From a virus (Duplodnaviria > Caudoviricetes): a stretch of 64,000 bases of DNA. Below are positions 30,593 to 42,159 of the stretch, piece by piece (the stretch's first letter is position 1; each line of letters starts with the position of its first letter). Below the pieces are notes generated by a model. That model saw only the letters and a program-made list of their open reading frames with translations, was not told the DNA's origin and did not search any database. The stretch spans positions 260-64,259 of the IMG/VR virus record IMGVR_UViG_3300020411_003161; one strand, written 5' to 3'. The position numbers and the translations under genes were made by a program.

Positions 30593-32941
30593 TTATTTTC
30601 CTTCGAATCTACTTTTTAAAGCGTAATAATTACCTTTTACATCTGCATCATGTAATGCTTGATTATAGATACTAAAATGTCCTATCTTACCTCTCCAATA
30701 CTTTGGTGTAGCACCCGTTGACCTACCTATAATTAAATCACCATTATGTCTTCTTTCTGATGAACCACTACTTGTTCCACTATCACCTATCGAACCAGTC
30801 CAAGTGGAATGTTGTATAGGTTCAAAATTCCTATCTCCATGTGGTCGAAATGGTACTAAATATCCATTTACAGCAGAACCAGAATCTATTATATACCCCT
30901 TATCTTCAAACTCATTTATCAATACACCATTTTTATAAATCTTATGTTTTTGTCCAATCACTGAACTAACTCTTAATCTTACATCCGAATGGTTATTATC
31001 AAGGTGGTATTCTGTACCTGGAGCTTGACCATAACCCATAATACCTTGGGTATCATAAGCTCCACCTATTCTAACAGAAACAAAGTTTTCATATGCGTGT
31101 CTGACATGATTTTTAGCTGCGTCATTTTGATAACCTTCTGGATCTGTAGTTGGTGAACCACTTATTGAACATGGAACTACTGATAATATCTTATGTTTTC
31201 CTTTATATATAAAACCATCTTCATTAGTTGATGTCCAAACCTCTAAATCCTTACCTATATGTGATTGCCAATAGTTTAATGACGCGGTATCCACTGAACC
31301 TGAAGCAGAAGTAGTACCAGTAGTAAAACTAGATCCTGCTGATGTATCTATACCTCTCACACCCAACACAAAACCTGGTCCATTATTTAAACCAGCTTCA
31401 CCTGAGTAGTCAGTGGTATAGGTATTTCCATATACTGTATTAATATTCTCTCCACGTATAAATGTTCCACCACTTACAGTAACCTCTTCAGTTCCAGCAC
31501 CTATTAATTGAATAGTCCCATGTGTTTGGTTCGATGCTACACCACTATGTTCTGGAACATAAACTGCACTACCAGTCCAATCTCCAGCACTACTTGGTTT
31601 CATCTCACCTGGTGTACTTCCAGTATTAACATTAAGTACCACATCCAATGATGTTGATATGATACCCTCAGATACGAAAGCCATATTAACCCATGGTGCA
31701 TTAGGATTTTTTGAAGCATCCAAAGGCCCATCTGAACCACTTCTAAAACTTCCACTTACAACATTCTCATAACCACCTCTATAAAGTGCTGTCCTATTCT
31801 CACCACTATTCAATACAAATGAAAAAATATCACCCGTTTCCCCATAATTTCCAGACAATTTTCTCATAGTTTCCAATGAAGCAGATGTTATGGAATCGGA
31901 ATGGTCGAGCCAAACCTTTGCTGTATCACCATCCCTATCACTTTCTGCCTCACGATTCCAATCAGGAAAGGTATCCTGGTTAGATGAACAACTTACTTTA
32001 AAATTCAATTCTAAATTTGTAGCTCCAGCTCCTGCAGTGGTTGTGTATAAACACTTTAGATAACTACCAGACTCTGGTCCCTTTCCAGTTCCCCATTTTC
32101 CCAACATATTAAAATCAAAAGTTAAGTCATATCCGTCATGGCTTGTAGTTGAAGTCCTTCCACTGTAGCTTGATGAAGCATTTGGATTAGGATTATCCAC
32201 ATGAGCAGTTTTTCTGGTTCCCCAAGTACCATATATATTGGCGTGACCTTCTGCTGCTGTTGAACTATCAGGTTTTGGATAATTAAATTCAAAATAGGAT
32301 AAAGAAGCGGTAGCACCAGCTGCAGCTGAGTAGGTTCTGTGTTCGCTTATGTTATTAAGGATTCTAATATCCCTAGGCCTCAAAATAGTGGAATGGTCGG
32401 TGTGCTTCAACATCAAAGACCTTTGATCCTGTGTGAATTCATGAGCTGTTGAATCCATACCGAACAATGTAGCTCTCTGCTTATCACTACCCGTCACATC
32501 ATTCCAATTGAATTGTGAACCGCTGGGTGCAATCGGCGACTCCTTCAACCAAAAGGATAAAGTGGTTCCAGTGGAGAAATTCTCACCGAAGTTTGCCTCC
32601 GTACCATAGGCTGTTGTTGTACTTAATGCATTTGTATTACCATCAAATTCCCAATAAGAAGCTGTTCCATTTGAACCAGTTACATAAGTAGGCATTGTAC
32701 TCACACCATCATCTGGCTCTTTAAGGAAAAACTTACCTGAACTTTGATTATAATCTCTAGGTAAAGCAGTTGTAGCAATAGTATTGAAATACTTCTCTAA
32801 AGAAGCACTAACCATCCCATTAGTTACAGGATCGGCATTTGCATCAATCACCATTTTAGTATTTTCATTAACAACATGTGATGGTTCTAAACCCTTAGTT
32901 CCACCAGGCGCTTGATAATGTCTACCTACATAATTACCCAT
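30593..32941 (-). CDS. LamG-domain protein with large internal insertions
   Basis: LamG N-part (WEFDG...TLSFWLK) and C-part (KIYKNG...IGR..YWRGKIGHFSIYNQAL...NY..LKSRF) are separated by several hundred residues. Confidence 0.75.
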   Translation of the reverse strand: MGNYVGRHYQAPGGTKGLEPSHVVNENTKMVIDANADPVTNGMVSASLEKYFNTIATTALPRDYNQSSGKFFLKEPDDGVSTMPTYVTGSNGTASYWEFDGNTNALSTTTAYGTEANFGENFSTGTTLSFWLKESPIAPSGSQFNWNDVTGSDKQRATLFGMDSTAHEFTQDQRSLMLKHTDHSTILRPRDIRILNNISEHRTYSAAAGATASLSYFEFNYPKPDSSTAAEGHANIYGTWGTRKTAHVDNPNPNASSSYSGRTSTTSHDGYDLTFDFNMLGKWGTGKGPESGSYLKCLYTTTAGAGATNLELNFKVSCSSNQDTFPDWNREAESDRDGDTAKVWLDHSDSITSASLETMRKLSGNYGETGDIFSFVLNSGENRTALYRGGYENVVSGSFRSGSDGPLDASKNPNAPWVNMAFVSEGIISTSLDVVLNVNTGSTPGEMKPSSAGDWTGSAVYVPEHSGVASNQTHGTIQLIGAGTEEVTVSGGTFIRGENINTVYGNTYTTDYSGEAGLNNGPGFVLGVRGIDTSAGSSFTTGTTSASGSVDTASLNYWQSHIGKDLEVWTSTNEDGFIYKGKHKILSVVPCSISGSPTTDPEGYQNDAAKNHVRHAYENFVSVRIGGAYDTQGIMGYGQAPGTEYHLDNNHSDVRLRVSSVIGQKHKIYKNGVLINEFEDKGYIIDSGSAVNGYLVPFRPHGDRNFEPIQHSTWTGSIGDSGTSSGSSERRHNGDLIIGRSTGATPKYWRGKIGHFSIYNQALHDADVKGNYYALKSRFEGK

Positions 32942-32956
32942 TCAAATTCTCCAATT

Positions 32957-35900
32957 TTAAATAAATCTCGGTAATAAAGTTTTATAATTTTGTGTCACCT
33001 CATCATCACTCAATTGTCGAGTATAGTACATAACATTAGCAACATCTAATTGATATTTTCTTCCAGCAAATCTACCAATTCTAAATTTAGAAGTATAGTT
33101 TCCTGGATATCTAACATCTTCAAATGTTGTTGATGTCTGTCCAGATAATGCGAGTGTTTGTTTAACACCATTTACAAATATTTTGTTTGTTGTGTCACTC
33201 CTTTCAAAAGAAACAACAGCGACAATATTATACCAATCAGTTTGAGTGAAAGTTTGGTCAGTTGATGTTTGGAAATAACTTATTATTTCTTGACTACCAT
33301 TAACATCCCAATTATATAAAGAACTACCTAAACCAGTCGTTGACCTATTTTGCCATTCCACTCTTAATCTATCACCAGAACCAGTATAATATCTCAACAA
33401 TCTAACACCAGACCTAGGTACATCATCTGTAGCAGCAATAAATGGAGAAGCCACATCAACATCTGCATTAGCCATAAGATAAAGTTTATTATCCCAAGCA
33501 GCAGATGCGTCACTATAAGAATCAGCAGTTCTTGGCATCCTCACCCACATAGATATGGTTAATCCACCACTCGACTTATCAGCCGCAATCCTTTTATCAA
33601 TTGCTTTATGTTTGTAATCTGAGTATATAAAACTCATCGATTGTCCAGCAATATAAGTAGCTCCACCACCCAAGGCCATAGCAGAATTTTGCATATCACC
33701 CAATCCATCAGTTGCAGCAGAATTAGAAGTAGATGTCACCCCACCTATCGAATTCTGTACAGGTAATCTTGCAGCATTTGTAAATGCTGTTCCATCAAAT
33801 TCTTGAACTGTTGGTTCATATCCACTATTTGAAGCATCTTTAGCATTACCAACTGGTGGAGCACTGCTATCAAATATTCCATTACAAACAGAAGGTGAGG
33901 AATACAATGCAGGTGAAGCATTTCCACCCCAAAACACAGATGCATTCTGTGTTCCAGCACCAGTATTCATAAAGATACATTTCAATGAATCAGGACCAGC
34001 ACTCCATGAAGTTCCATCCCATTTGAGAGTAGCACAAGTTAAATCTGTTGATGGATTTATTGTAGCCGTATTGGAATTATTAGCATTAAGTCCAGCAACA
34101 TTTAGTGCTGCATTTTGACTTCCGATACCTGCCGCTTGACCAAGAACAGTTGGTGTGTTTGTTCCAGCACTAACGGTTTGACCATTATATACTTCCACAC
34201 AGTCAGTTAAATTCTGACCATAAAAATTATTAGTACAACCAGTTGTATGTCCACCCCATATCATCCAACCACCAGCTTTTCCAGCACCCATACCATGAGC
34301 ACGAGGTTGTGATAAAGTAGCAATTTCCCCACTCCATGAACCATTTAAATATTCTTGAATACTATCCTGTAGATTTGTAGATGCAGGAGAACTACCTGGA
34401 CAATATCCACCCATAACATGTGCGTGATTCTTTGAACCCAATGTGACATGCCTTCTCGTTGAAGCAGGTAAATTAGGACCAGATGAAAATTGTTGTCCAT
34501 CCCATAACTCTGTATTGTTGTATGTATCTATTGAAGCATTACCTGGCGATACACTTTGCCCACCAGCAACTATAGCTCCATCCGGAGTTCCAGCTCCATT
34601 CATTAAAATTCTATGTTGACTTAATCCATTCTCTACAGACCAAATGCGAGGATAATTTGCATTTTCAAAACCAGTATCACCTGAACCAACTCCAGTGCTA
34701 TCAATCGACATATAATAATCAGATTCCAAGCTTCCACTTCCATCCAATTCAATATAATGATTTTTATCTTGATAAGTAGTGTCGATTCTTGCATCATTCA
34801 TATCAGCAGCGAATCCAGTTCCATAACTAAGAGATCCCGTACCACTATCCAGTACTGTAGTGCAATCCAACAACGCATCTTTAGGTTGAAAGGATGAACC
34901 AGTAGCAGTAAAATGTAAGTTATTCTTTATATCCTTAACTTTTATATCATTCCAAAATGTAGTCTGCATTGAACCACCAGTAACTCTCACCCCATCATTA
35001 TCTGCATTATCAAAAGCACGACCTAATTTCCATGTTGGTATTACAAAACCAGTAGCTGCAAAAGCAGAATTGGTTGTACCTAAACCATGTGCTGTCCAAG
35101 ACTCTGATAATCCTTTATTATCTGTACTTTCATTTGCATTATAATCATCAGTTCCAGATATAGTCCCCACACCAGCTCTTGAAATCTGAGCTCTCTGTGG
35201 ACCTTCAGCTGGACTTTGCTTACCTTCTTGTATTTCTTGCCGTGCAGCACTAGAAGGGTTAGCTGGAAGATTACCACCAACTATAGTTCTTGGTATATGT
35301 TGTATCATAGCACAAGAAGCTGCCCAAGCATTTCCATCCCAACTATCAGACCTTGCATAGTTATCAGCACCAATAACAGCTTTACCAGAACCACCCCATA
35401 TATGTCCAGATAACGAACTATTTCCAGTCCATCCAGCATAATTTCTTGGAAGCAATTGATTTGGTAGTTGTGACCAAACTACACCATCATATTCTTCAGT
35501 TTTACAATCATTTACACTTCCATCAGTATGTGGACCTTTAACTGCCGCACCCACAACTCTTACACTAGATTCTGGATTTCCAGCCATAGCATTTCCACGA
35601 AATAATCCACTGTGTAATGGATGATTAACTGCCGACCAAGTAGAACCATCATAATTTACAGCCTTATCTGATCTTAAATAAGGAGATGCGATATAAGAAA
35701 CATCATTTGTTAAACTTTGTCCATTGGAATCACATATAAAAAGTGCATTGGTAGGACCACCTACTACATATCTCGCTCCTATAAATGAATGAGCTCCCGC
35801 ATGTTCACCGTTATGATCATAAGATCCTTTACCATAAGCCTTACCAGTACCCCCCACATCACCAGTACATGAGTAGGCAATATCTGGACTTCTCATTGTT

Positions 35901-38221
35901 CCATATACACCAACAGGTAAGGCACCACCATCAGACCAAGTCGTTCCATCTAAATGTGAAGTTTGATTCATCATATGTATACAAGCATCTGCTAAAGTTG
36001 GAGCTTGTGGATGTTTAAATGGTGTGTTATATCCACCCTTATCACCAGTCCAATCATTCAATGTTGGTGCATTTACATTTACATCACCAGGTGTGGCACC
36101 TGCATGACATCCAGCATCAACACAAGCTTGAAAGCTCGATTCACTATCTATATTTGCATTATGACCAATAAAATGCGACTCAGCTTGCCATCCATAGACA
36201 TCATTATTTCTTACAAATGTGCATCCTTCTGCATCCCGACAACAATCACCACAACCACCAGTAGCAAAAGCACCCTTTAATGAAGTAAACATTGAACCTA
36301 CAATTATTGCACTTTCAGAATTCTTCCCAGCAGCTGCTCCATGACTTATTGCTCTATGCATTTTTGGCCCATCAGTATAAGATGTTCCATCATAAATACT
36401 TGATTCATTAAAAACATAATATAATTGACCATTTGTACCATCGCCATTAGCACCACCCATAGCTATCATAGAATCTTGCTTTCCAGCAGCCATTATACCA
36501 CGAGATCTCGCCATTCTATTACTTAAAATACAACCTTGTTGTTTTGTAATAGGTAAATCAGGACCAACACTCCACCCTTTAAATTGTACAGAACCACTCA
36601 CATATCCAGTTCCAAATAAACCACCACCACGAGATACACATTCTTGAAATGGTGCACCAGCTGTATATTGTCCATAATCCGTACCAGCAGTTGAGCCAGA
36701 AAATTGGCTAGCAGTCATATTAGTATTAGCATAAAAATCAGTTGTTCCTAATCTTCCATGTATACCATCAGTAACATTATCTTTCCTATCTGGAGCAAAG
36801 AAACTCTTATAATTTCCAGCATCCCACATAGTAGATAAATTAAATGGTGTAATTCTTGGACCAAATTGCACCCCACCAGTTGTTGTATTATATTCCTCTA
36901 CAGTGTTTATATAAGATGTTGCTCTAGCTGTATATGAACTCCCATGAGCTATATGATAATCCGAATATTCATTATACCAAGCAGCTGTTGTTTGAGAATC
37001 AGTACCCCTACCCGAAGAATCTTTAATATTAGGATAAACACCTTCTGCAGTGGTTCTACCCATTCCAACTCCACCCAAAGCATTTCCTGGAGATCCACCA
37101 GTTCCTTGAACACCCCATCTGTGATTATTCATTAATCCTGATGCATTTTTCCAAGTAACTCCATCATAATGTTGTGTATATAATCCATAATAAGTAGATT
37201 TACCTTCTCCACATACGCCACCAGTGTCTATATCACCATCATCATCACCAGTTCCTGGACTAGCAGAAGTGCATCTTATATTATGTCCACCAAAAACGAT
37301 TCCATCATTCTGTGTTCCAGCTCCACCACCATCATGTCTCGGTGTTGGTAAATTATTAACTGCAGACCAACTCGTTCCATTATATTCTTCAACACAAGAT
37401 CTTGAATTTCCTGCAGCCCATAAACTCATGATGTAACTACCACCTATACGATGTCCACCTGCGTAAACTGCTGATTCAGCAGTTCCAAATGATTGTCCAG
37501 TAAACCGATTTGTATTCAATGTATTTCCAGTTACAGACCAACTGGTTCCATTATAAAGTCTATCTTGAGTTGTACAAGTATGGTCATGTGTATTTGATAC
37601 TGTATATGGAGTTACAATACAGTAACCACCACCACCAAAAACCATAGCATTTGTCATCTCACCAACGATACCACCATTTAAGTTCTGGCATCTTGTACCA
37701 TCTGCAGCGGCTATATCGGTTGCGGTTGCATCCCAACTCGTTCCATTATACTCAAGACTCCCATCTCCTCGAAACCTACTAGTTGTTTCTGCTGCGGGAG
37801 TACAATGGTTATTAACCATATCAATAAAATCTGATTCCGTAGAGTTATCACAGCTGGTATCAACAGTTGTTCCTGAAAATCTATGTGAACCAAAAGTTGT
37901 AGATAATGTTGCATTCTGCGAACCAACACCACTGGTGAAAAGACCACATGTTGTCATTGCATTTGATGTAGCCCAAGTTGAACCATCATACTCTTCAGTA
38001 GCATCTAAAGCTGTTCCACTTAGGTTATGACCCGTTCCACCAAATAATAACCCTGAATTTTTATCTCCGCTTAATCCGTATCGTTGAAAACATACTGCTT
38101 CCGTCATAAGTCGGACTCCCTCAAAAGGCTCACCATCAGATGTATTTCTATTACCTGATCTTGGTGTTGATACACCTGGTCCTGTAGACCAAGCGGAAAG
38201 TTGCTGAAATTTAACAGCCAT
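32957..38221 (-). CDS. Large Cys/Gly-rich Kelch-like multi-propeller protein with C-terminal LamG
   Basis: Many GTQN...GG...EEY(D/N)G..W blades, and a C-terminal LTISMWVR...YTRQLSDDEVTQNY..RF LamG region. Confidence 0.82.
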   Translation of the reverse strand: MAVKFQQLSAWSTGPGVSTPRSGNRNTSDGEPFEGVRLMTEAVCFQRYGLSGDKNSGLLFGGTGHNLSGTALDATEEYDGSTWATSNAMTTCGLFTSGVGSQNATLSTTFGSHRFSGTTVDTSCDNSTESDFIDMVNNHCTPAAETTSRFRGDGSLEYNGTSWDATATDIAAADGTRCQNLNGGIVGEMTNAMVFGGGGYCIVTPYTVSNTHDHTCTTQDRLYNGTSWSVTGNTLNTNRFTGQSFGTAESAVYAGGHRIGGSYIMSLWAAGNSRSCVEEYNGTSWSAVNNLPTPRHDGGGAGTQNDGIVFGGHNIRCTSASPGTGDDDGDIDTGGVCGEGKSTYYGLYTQHYDGVTWKNASGLMNNHRWGVQGTGGSPGNALGGVGMGRTTAEGVYPNIKDSSGRGTDSQTTAAWYNEYSDYHIAHGSSYTARATSYINTVEEYNTTTGGVQFGPRITPFNLSTMWDAGNYKSFFAPDRKDNVTDGIHGRLGTTDFYANTNMTASQFSGSTAGTDYGQYTAGAPFQECVSRGGGLFGTGYVSGSVQFKGWSVGPDLPITKQQGCILSNRMARSRGIMAAGKQDSMIAMGGANGDGTNGQLYYVFNESSIYDGTSYTDGPKMHRAISHGAAAGKNSESAIIVGSMFTSLKGAFATGGCGDCCRDAEGCTFVRNNDVYGWQAESHFIGHNANIDSESSFQACVDAGCHAGATPGDVNVNAPTLNDWTGDKGGYNTPFKHPQAPTLADACIHMMNQTSHLDGTTWSDGGALPVGVYGTMRSPDIAYSCTGDVGGTGKAYGKGSYDHNGEHAGAHSFIGARYVVGGPTNALFICDSNGQSLTNDVSYIASPYLRSDKAVNYDGSTWSAVNHPLHSGLFRGNAMAGNPESSVRVVGAAVKGPHTDGSVNDCKTEEYDGVVWSQLPNQLLPRNYAGWTGNSSLSGHIWGGSGKAVIGADNYARSDSWDGNAWAASCAMIQHIPRTIVGGNLPANPSSAARQEIQEGKQSPAEGPQRAQISRAGVGTISGTDDYNANESTDNKGLSESWTAHGLGTTNSAFAATGFVIPTWKLGRAFDNADNDGVRVTGGSMQTTFWNDIKVKDIKNNLHFTATGSSFQPKDALLDCTTVLDSGTGSLSYGTGFAADMNDARIDTTYQDKNHYIELDGSGSLESDYYMSIDSTGVGSGDTGFENANYPRIWSVENGLSQHRILMNGAGTPDGAIVAGGQSVSPGNASIDTYNNTELWDGQQFSSGPNLPASTRRHVTLGSKNHAHVMGGYCPGSSPASTNLQDSIQEYLNGSWSGEIATLSQPRAHGMGAGKAGGWMIWGGHTTGCTNNFYGQNLTDCVEVYNGQTVSAGTNTPTVLGQAAGIGSQNAALNVAGLNANNSNTATINPSTDLTCATLKWDGTSWSAGPDSLKCIFMNTGAGTQNASVFWGGNASPALYSSPSVCNGIFDSSAPPVGNAKDASNSGYEPTVQEFDGTAFTNAARLPVQNSIGGVTSTSNSAATDGLGDMQNSAMALGGGATYIAGQSMSFIYSDYKHKAIDKRIAADKSSGGLTISMWVRMPRTADSYSDASAAWDNKLYLMANADVDVASPFIAATDDVPRSGVRLLRYYTGSGDRLRVEWQNRSTTGLGSSLYNWDVNGSQEIISYFQTSTDQTFTQTDWYNIVAVVSFERSDTTNKIFVNGVKQTLALSGQTSTTFEDVRYPGNYTSKFRIGRFAGRKYQLDVANVMYYTRQLSDDEVTQNYKTLLPRFI

Positions 38222-38224
38222 AGT

Positions 38225-41161
38225 TTACAACTCCTCTGTTTTAACTTCCTGTAAAACGAACCTAAATGTTTTTCCCGTTCTTTTGTTTTCTATAAAGAGA
38301 TCTTCATGACCCTCTTGCAGTTGATAGTCACCCCATGTTCCATCGATAGAGTTACCTATCCTTTCGGTATCAGGGTTGATACGCGTTTTGTTACTTAGTA
38401 ACAAGTCACCAACGAACAAGTTAGCAAATCTCTTATTAGCCGAACCCAAGTCCGTAGCCACATCTGTGGTTGGAACTAAGTTGCCCGATAAATCCACATC
38501 CTTCAACACAGCCTTATCAGCAGCAACAACCTGTCCAAAAGAAGCAGTTGATTGTAATGAACCACTTATTTGAGCAGAGTTATTAGTTATGTTTGTCTCA
38601 ACAACGATAGGATTAGTATTTAATCCTAATGTAATTCTATCATTATCAAAAACCTCTAAAGCTGCAAGTCCAGAGAAGTCAGCAACACTAAATAGTGAAC
38701 CACTCATTGTATCGGATATTGTGAACAATCTTCCAGCAGTACCATCTACATTGAATACATTCTCACCCTGACCTTGCACAGTTAATGAAGCACTCGTAGC
38801 ATGCGAAGCACTTACTGTCAATGAACCACTTATTCTTGTAGATTTAACCGATTGTATGTCATTTCCAACTACAGTAAATTGCCCCTCAATATCATCCATC
38901 TCATCTGCAAGTCTTTGTGCAACAGAAGCAGAGAATGCAAGTAAACCACTACCGTGATTTGTACTAACCCTATCAACCTCAGCTGCAGAAAATCCTCTGA
39001 TTCCTACATTATCAAATGAAGCGGTAGTTCCTGCTGAAGCACTCAATGATGTCGCAAAAGCCATATGTCCAAATGAACCAGTAGATGTTAGTGAACCACT
39101 TACACCATTACCAAGACTAGCACCTTCTACAGTTTCTAATCTACCAAATGAACCAGTAGAAACAGCCGAACCACTAATAGCATAATACTTACCACTATCT
39201 GTAGTACCAACATGTGTTTTTTGATTATCTTTTAAATGATTAGCAATTTGAACTCCACCTACCCCAACTTTAAATGTAGAAGCGGCAGAACCACTAACTC
39301 CACCACCAACTACAGTTGAATTTGATGATGAAAGTTGACCTTGCCAAGAACCACTTACAACAGCTTTTAATGTAGCATCTGCAAAATCAATAGCTAATGT
39401 TTTATCGTTTGTTCCACTATCACTTAAACCAGTTCCACCAGTTACTGTGTTAACACCACCAGCAACAGCTGATTGTACTCTTGATGCTATTGAAGATGAG
39501 AAGAAAGTTAAATTCTTATTCTCTTCAGCAAATCCAGCAATCTGCATTGTTCCGAATGAACCAGTTGATACTAATGAACTACTTACATGACCTTCTAATG
39601 TCATGTGGCTTCCTGATAAGAAAGTTCCACTAGCCATTTCCAATCTACCAAATGAACCAGTTGATATCAATGAACCACTAATCAAACTAGCTCCACCAGC
39701 AGCACCTTCTTTTACTAACTTAGCACCAGAAGCATCATCACCCTCTGTCTTATCATAATATGTTAAGAGTCCAGGTGTTTGTGAAGTTACAACCAATTCT
39801 GTATAAACAGATTGTGCCTTTCCTGCAACAGCAGAACCAGCAGTTCCTACATTCCTAACACCAGTTGTGTAATCACTCCCAGCATTTTTAAATCCTATGA
39901 GGTGTGAAGCATTTGAAGAATCTTCCTGATTGAACCTATAGGTGTAGCCTGGTAAAAGAGTAAAGTTAGGTTTAGTATCACCATTAAATAAAAAGTCATT
40001 ACCACTAAAAGTTACATTAATGGTTTGTACTAAGTTACCAGCGATATTACCATCTTTAGCTGCTTCAATATAATCAATAGAAGCACTAGCACCAGCGGAA
40101 CCTGATATAGTATTTACATTATGTACTTCTCTTACATGTAATTCATTATCATTTACACTACCAATACTCAAATCACCAATTGCTAACTTTGTAATTGTAG
40201 TTGAATCGATTGTTCCACCACTTATCTTATCACCACTAAGTGCGTTAGCCGCAAGATTTGTAGCTACATAAGCGGGTATTGCATCTAAGGAAGTATCATC
40301 CAATAAGTCAGCATTAAGATTAGCAACTTTATTTGTATTACCATTAACAGTAAAAGGAGCATCTGAACCACCATTGTTCGATATGCTTAATTGAACACCC
40401 GAACCTGATAATTGGATTGAACCAGTAAAAGTATGCGTATCATCTACTGTATCCCCAAACACAGTTGAACCACTTGAGAACGATTGGGTAAAGTGGACAA
40501 TTGATGATGAGACAATTATATTTTCAGCAGTTAAATCACCTTGTATAGTCATTCCAGCAAAAGTTGGAGAATTTGTGGTAGCCAAGCCCTGTGCATTTGC
40601 AGCGTCACCTTCCATAACTGCAATTCTTGAAGATAATCCACCACTTGCCTGAGAAAAAGCTCCACTAATGTTGCTTTGTAGTGTAGCATCTGTGAAATCA
40701 ACAGCTAATGTTCTATCACTTGATAAATCACCACCTCCACTTAATCCAGTACCAGTTGCTATACTTCTACCTTGTAAAGTAGTTATATTTCCAGTATTTG
40801 TACTGATATTCCCAGTATTTGTGGATATATTTGATGTATTAGTTGTAGTTGTTGTTGCAAAACTAGCACTAGCTGCAGCAAACGAACCACTTATATCTTC
40901 TGCAATTTGAGCAGAACTACTAATTAATGTTTTCGTTGTTGTTCCTGATTCCAAAGAACTCAATCTCGTTGAGACTGAACCACTTACTGTAGCTATGGAA
41001 GCGGAAAAATCTAATAAATTTGTTTGACCAGAAAAGCCGGCGATCTCAACCGAACCAAAAGAAGCAGAAGACACCAATGAGCCACTAAGGCTATTGACAG
41101 TCATGCTACTGGCTGATATATGATTGGCTCTAAATCCAGTATTACTTTCTATAAATGCCAC
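38225..41161 (-). CDS. Modular tail fibre protein (978 aa)
   Basis: GTG start with a GGAG RBS. Contains a TNTGNIS coiled coil, GTGLSGGGDL, a GYTYRFNQEDSSN.SH domain, and a C-terminal DL.LSN..GN.IDGT.G.Y.LQEG.EDLF..N..TGK domain. Confidence 0.85.
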   Translation of the reverse strand: MAFIESNTGFRANHISASSMTVNSLSGSLVSSASFGSVEIAGFSGQTNLLDFSASIATVSGSVSTRLSSLESGTTTKTLISSSAQIAEDISGSFAAASASFATTTTTNTSNISTNTGNISTNTGNITTLQGRSIATGTGLSGGGDLSSDRTLAVDFTDATLQSNISGAFSQASGGLSSRIAVMEGDAANAQGLATTNSPTFAGMTIQGDLTAENIIVSSSIVHFTQSFSSGSTVFGDTVDDTHTFTGSIQLSGSGVQLSISNNGGSDAPFTVNGNTNKVANLNADLLDDTSLDAIPAYVATNLAANALSGDKISGGTIDSTTITKLAIGDLSIGSVNDNELHVREVHNVNTISGSAGASASIDYIEAAKDGNIAGNLVQTINVTFSGNDFLFNGDTKPNFTLLPGYTYRFNQEDSSNASHLIGFKNAGSDYTTGVRNVGTAGSAVAGKAQSVYTELVVTSQTPGLLTYYDKTEGDDASGAKLVKEGAAGGASLISGSLISTGSFGRLEMASGTFLSGSHMTLEGHVSSSLVSTGSFGTMQIAGFAEENKNLTFFSSSIASRVQSAVAGGVNTVTGGTGLSDSGTNDKTLAIDFADATLKAVVSGSWQGQLSSSNSTVVGGGVSGSAASTFKVGVGGVQIANHLKDNQKTHVGTTDSGKYYAISGSAVSTGSFGRLETVEGASLGNGVSGSLTSTGSFGHMAFATSLSASAGTTASFDNVGIRGFSAAEVDRVSTNHGSGLLAFSASVAQRLADEMDDIEGQFTVVGNDIQSVKSTRISGSLTVSASHATSASLTVQGQGENVFNVDGTAGRLFTISDTMSGSLFSVADFSGLAALEVFDNDRITLGLNTNPIVVETNITNNSAQISGSLQSTASFGQVVAADKAVLKDVDLSGNLVPTTDVATDLGSANKRFANLFVGDLLLSNKTRINPDTERIGNSIDGTWGDYQLQEGHEDLFIENKRTGKTFRFVLQEVKTEEL

Positions 41162-41212
41162 TATCGTTCTCCATTATGACTTTTAATTACGCATGGTTAT
41201 AAATACTCATTA

Positions 41213-41220
41213 ATAAATAT
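41213..41220 (-). promoter_or_regulatory. ATATTTAT putative late promoter
   Basis: Upstream of the 41161 gene; a second near-copy, GTATTTATA, lies at 41198-41206. Confidence 0.6.
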
Positions 41221-41242
41221 AGATTAAATCTTAAATCATTAC

Positions 41243-42127
41243 TCATTCATCTATGTTTTGTAATAAAAATTTATACCTTTTTCCATTCTTTCTATTTAAT
41301 AAATATAGGTCTTCTTCACCTTCCTGTATAGTCCAGTTACCAGTTGTACCATCAACTTCATTACCACCCTTTGGATGATGTTCATTACTTAATTCCAAGT
41401 CACCAGCGTATATATTAGCAAATCTTCGCTGCTCTGAACCCAAATTACTTCCTTTGTCAGTAGATGGTAATATATCCCCATTATTAACAAATAAAGAACC
41501 AGACTCAAATAGAAAATCTTCTCTAACAACAAAACCAGGTTCTTTTATTTTAAATTCAATTTCATTTAAATAACCAGAAGTTTCTCTACTAAATTCTATC
41601 TTCCAAAACCTACCAACATATTGTCTCATTGGTTCAAATATAAATGTATTTGTTGAACCTGAAACATTTTGGTTAGCATTATCCACTACTGTTACATCAT
41701 TGACATCATAAACCTTAGTAAAATCCGAACCATTCAAACTATAATGTACTACGCTTATATCAACATCATTAGGATATACTCTTATTTCACTTATATACTT
41801 ATTCGAACCAAAATCCAAAACCACATCTAAATTATTTATACCTGGTGGTAAAAAATAAACAGAACCGATAAATTGATTACCATCTACTATTCTTGTATCA
41901 TTTATTTCACCACTAATAGTAATACTTTGGTCTCTATCACCCATACCACCATCATTACTATAAAGTGGATTAGATATGTCGTATTGGTTACTCCCTACAG
42001 AAAAACTACCCGTTGATTGAAACTTTTGTGCTTCCATAGAAACGGAATTTCCACTTATTTTCTCAGTCTGTACCGATTTTAATTCAGCACTAGATCCAGA
42101 TGTGATAATTTGTTTCCAACCAGCCAT
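41243..42127 (-). CDS. Short fibre protein with discoidin (F5/8)-like domain
   Basis: VVLDFGS...ISEIRVY...YSLNG.DFT...RFWKIEF..LNEIEF, plus the shared C-terminal GNEVDGTTGNWTIQEG domain. Confidence 0.75.
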   Translation of the reverse strand: MAGWKQIITSGSSAELKSVQTEKISGNSVSMEAQKFQSTGSFSVGSNQYDISNPLYSNDGGMGDRDQSITISGEINDTRIVDGNQFIGSVYFLPPGINNLDVVLDFGSNKYISEIRVYPNDVDISVVHYSLNGSDFTKVYDVNDVTVVDNANQNVSGSTNTFIFEPMRQYVGRFWKIEFSRETSGYLNEIEFKIKEPGFVVREDFLFESGSLFVNNGDILPSTDKGSNLGSEQRRFANIYAGDLELSNEHHPKGGNEVDGTTGNWTIQEGEEDLYLLNRKNGKRYKFLLQNIDE

Positions 42128-42137
42128 TGATAAACCT

Positions 42138-42159
42138 TATATAGTTAATTAACTATATA
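42138..42159. promoter_or_regulatory. 22-bp perfect palindrome between the late-promoter motif and the RBS
   Basis: TATATAGTTAATTAACTATATA is its own reverse complement and abuts the AAGG RBS of the gene starting at 42127. Confidence 0.55.
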
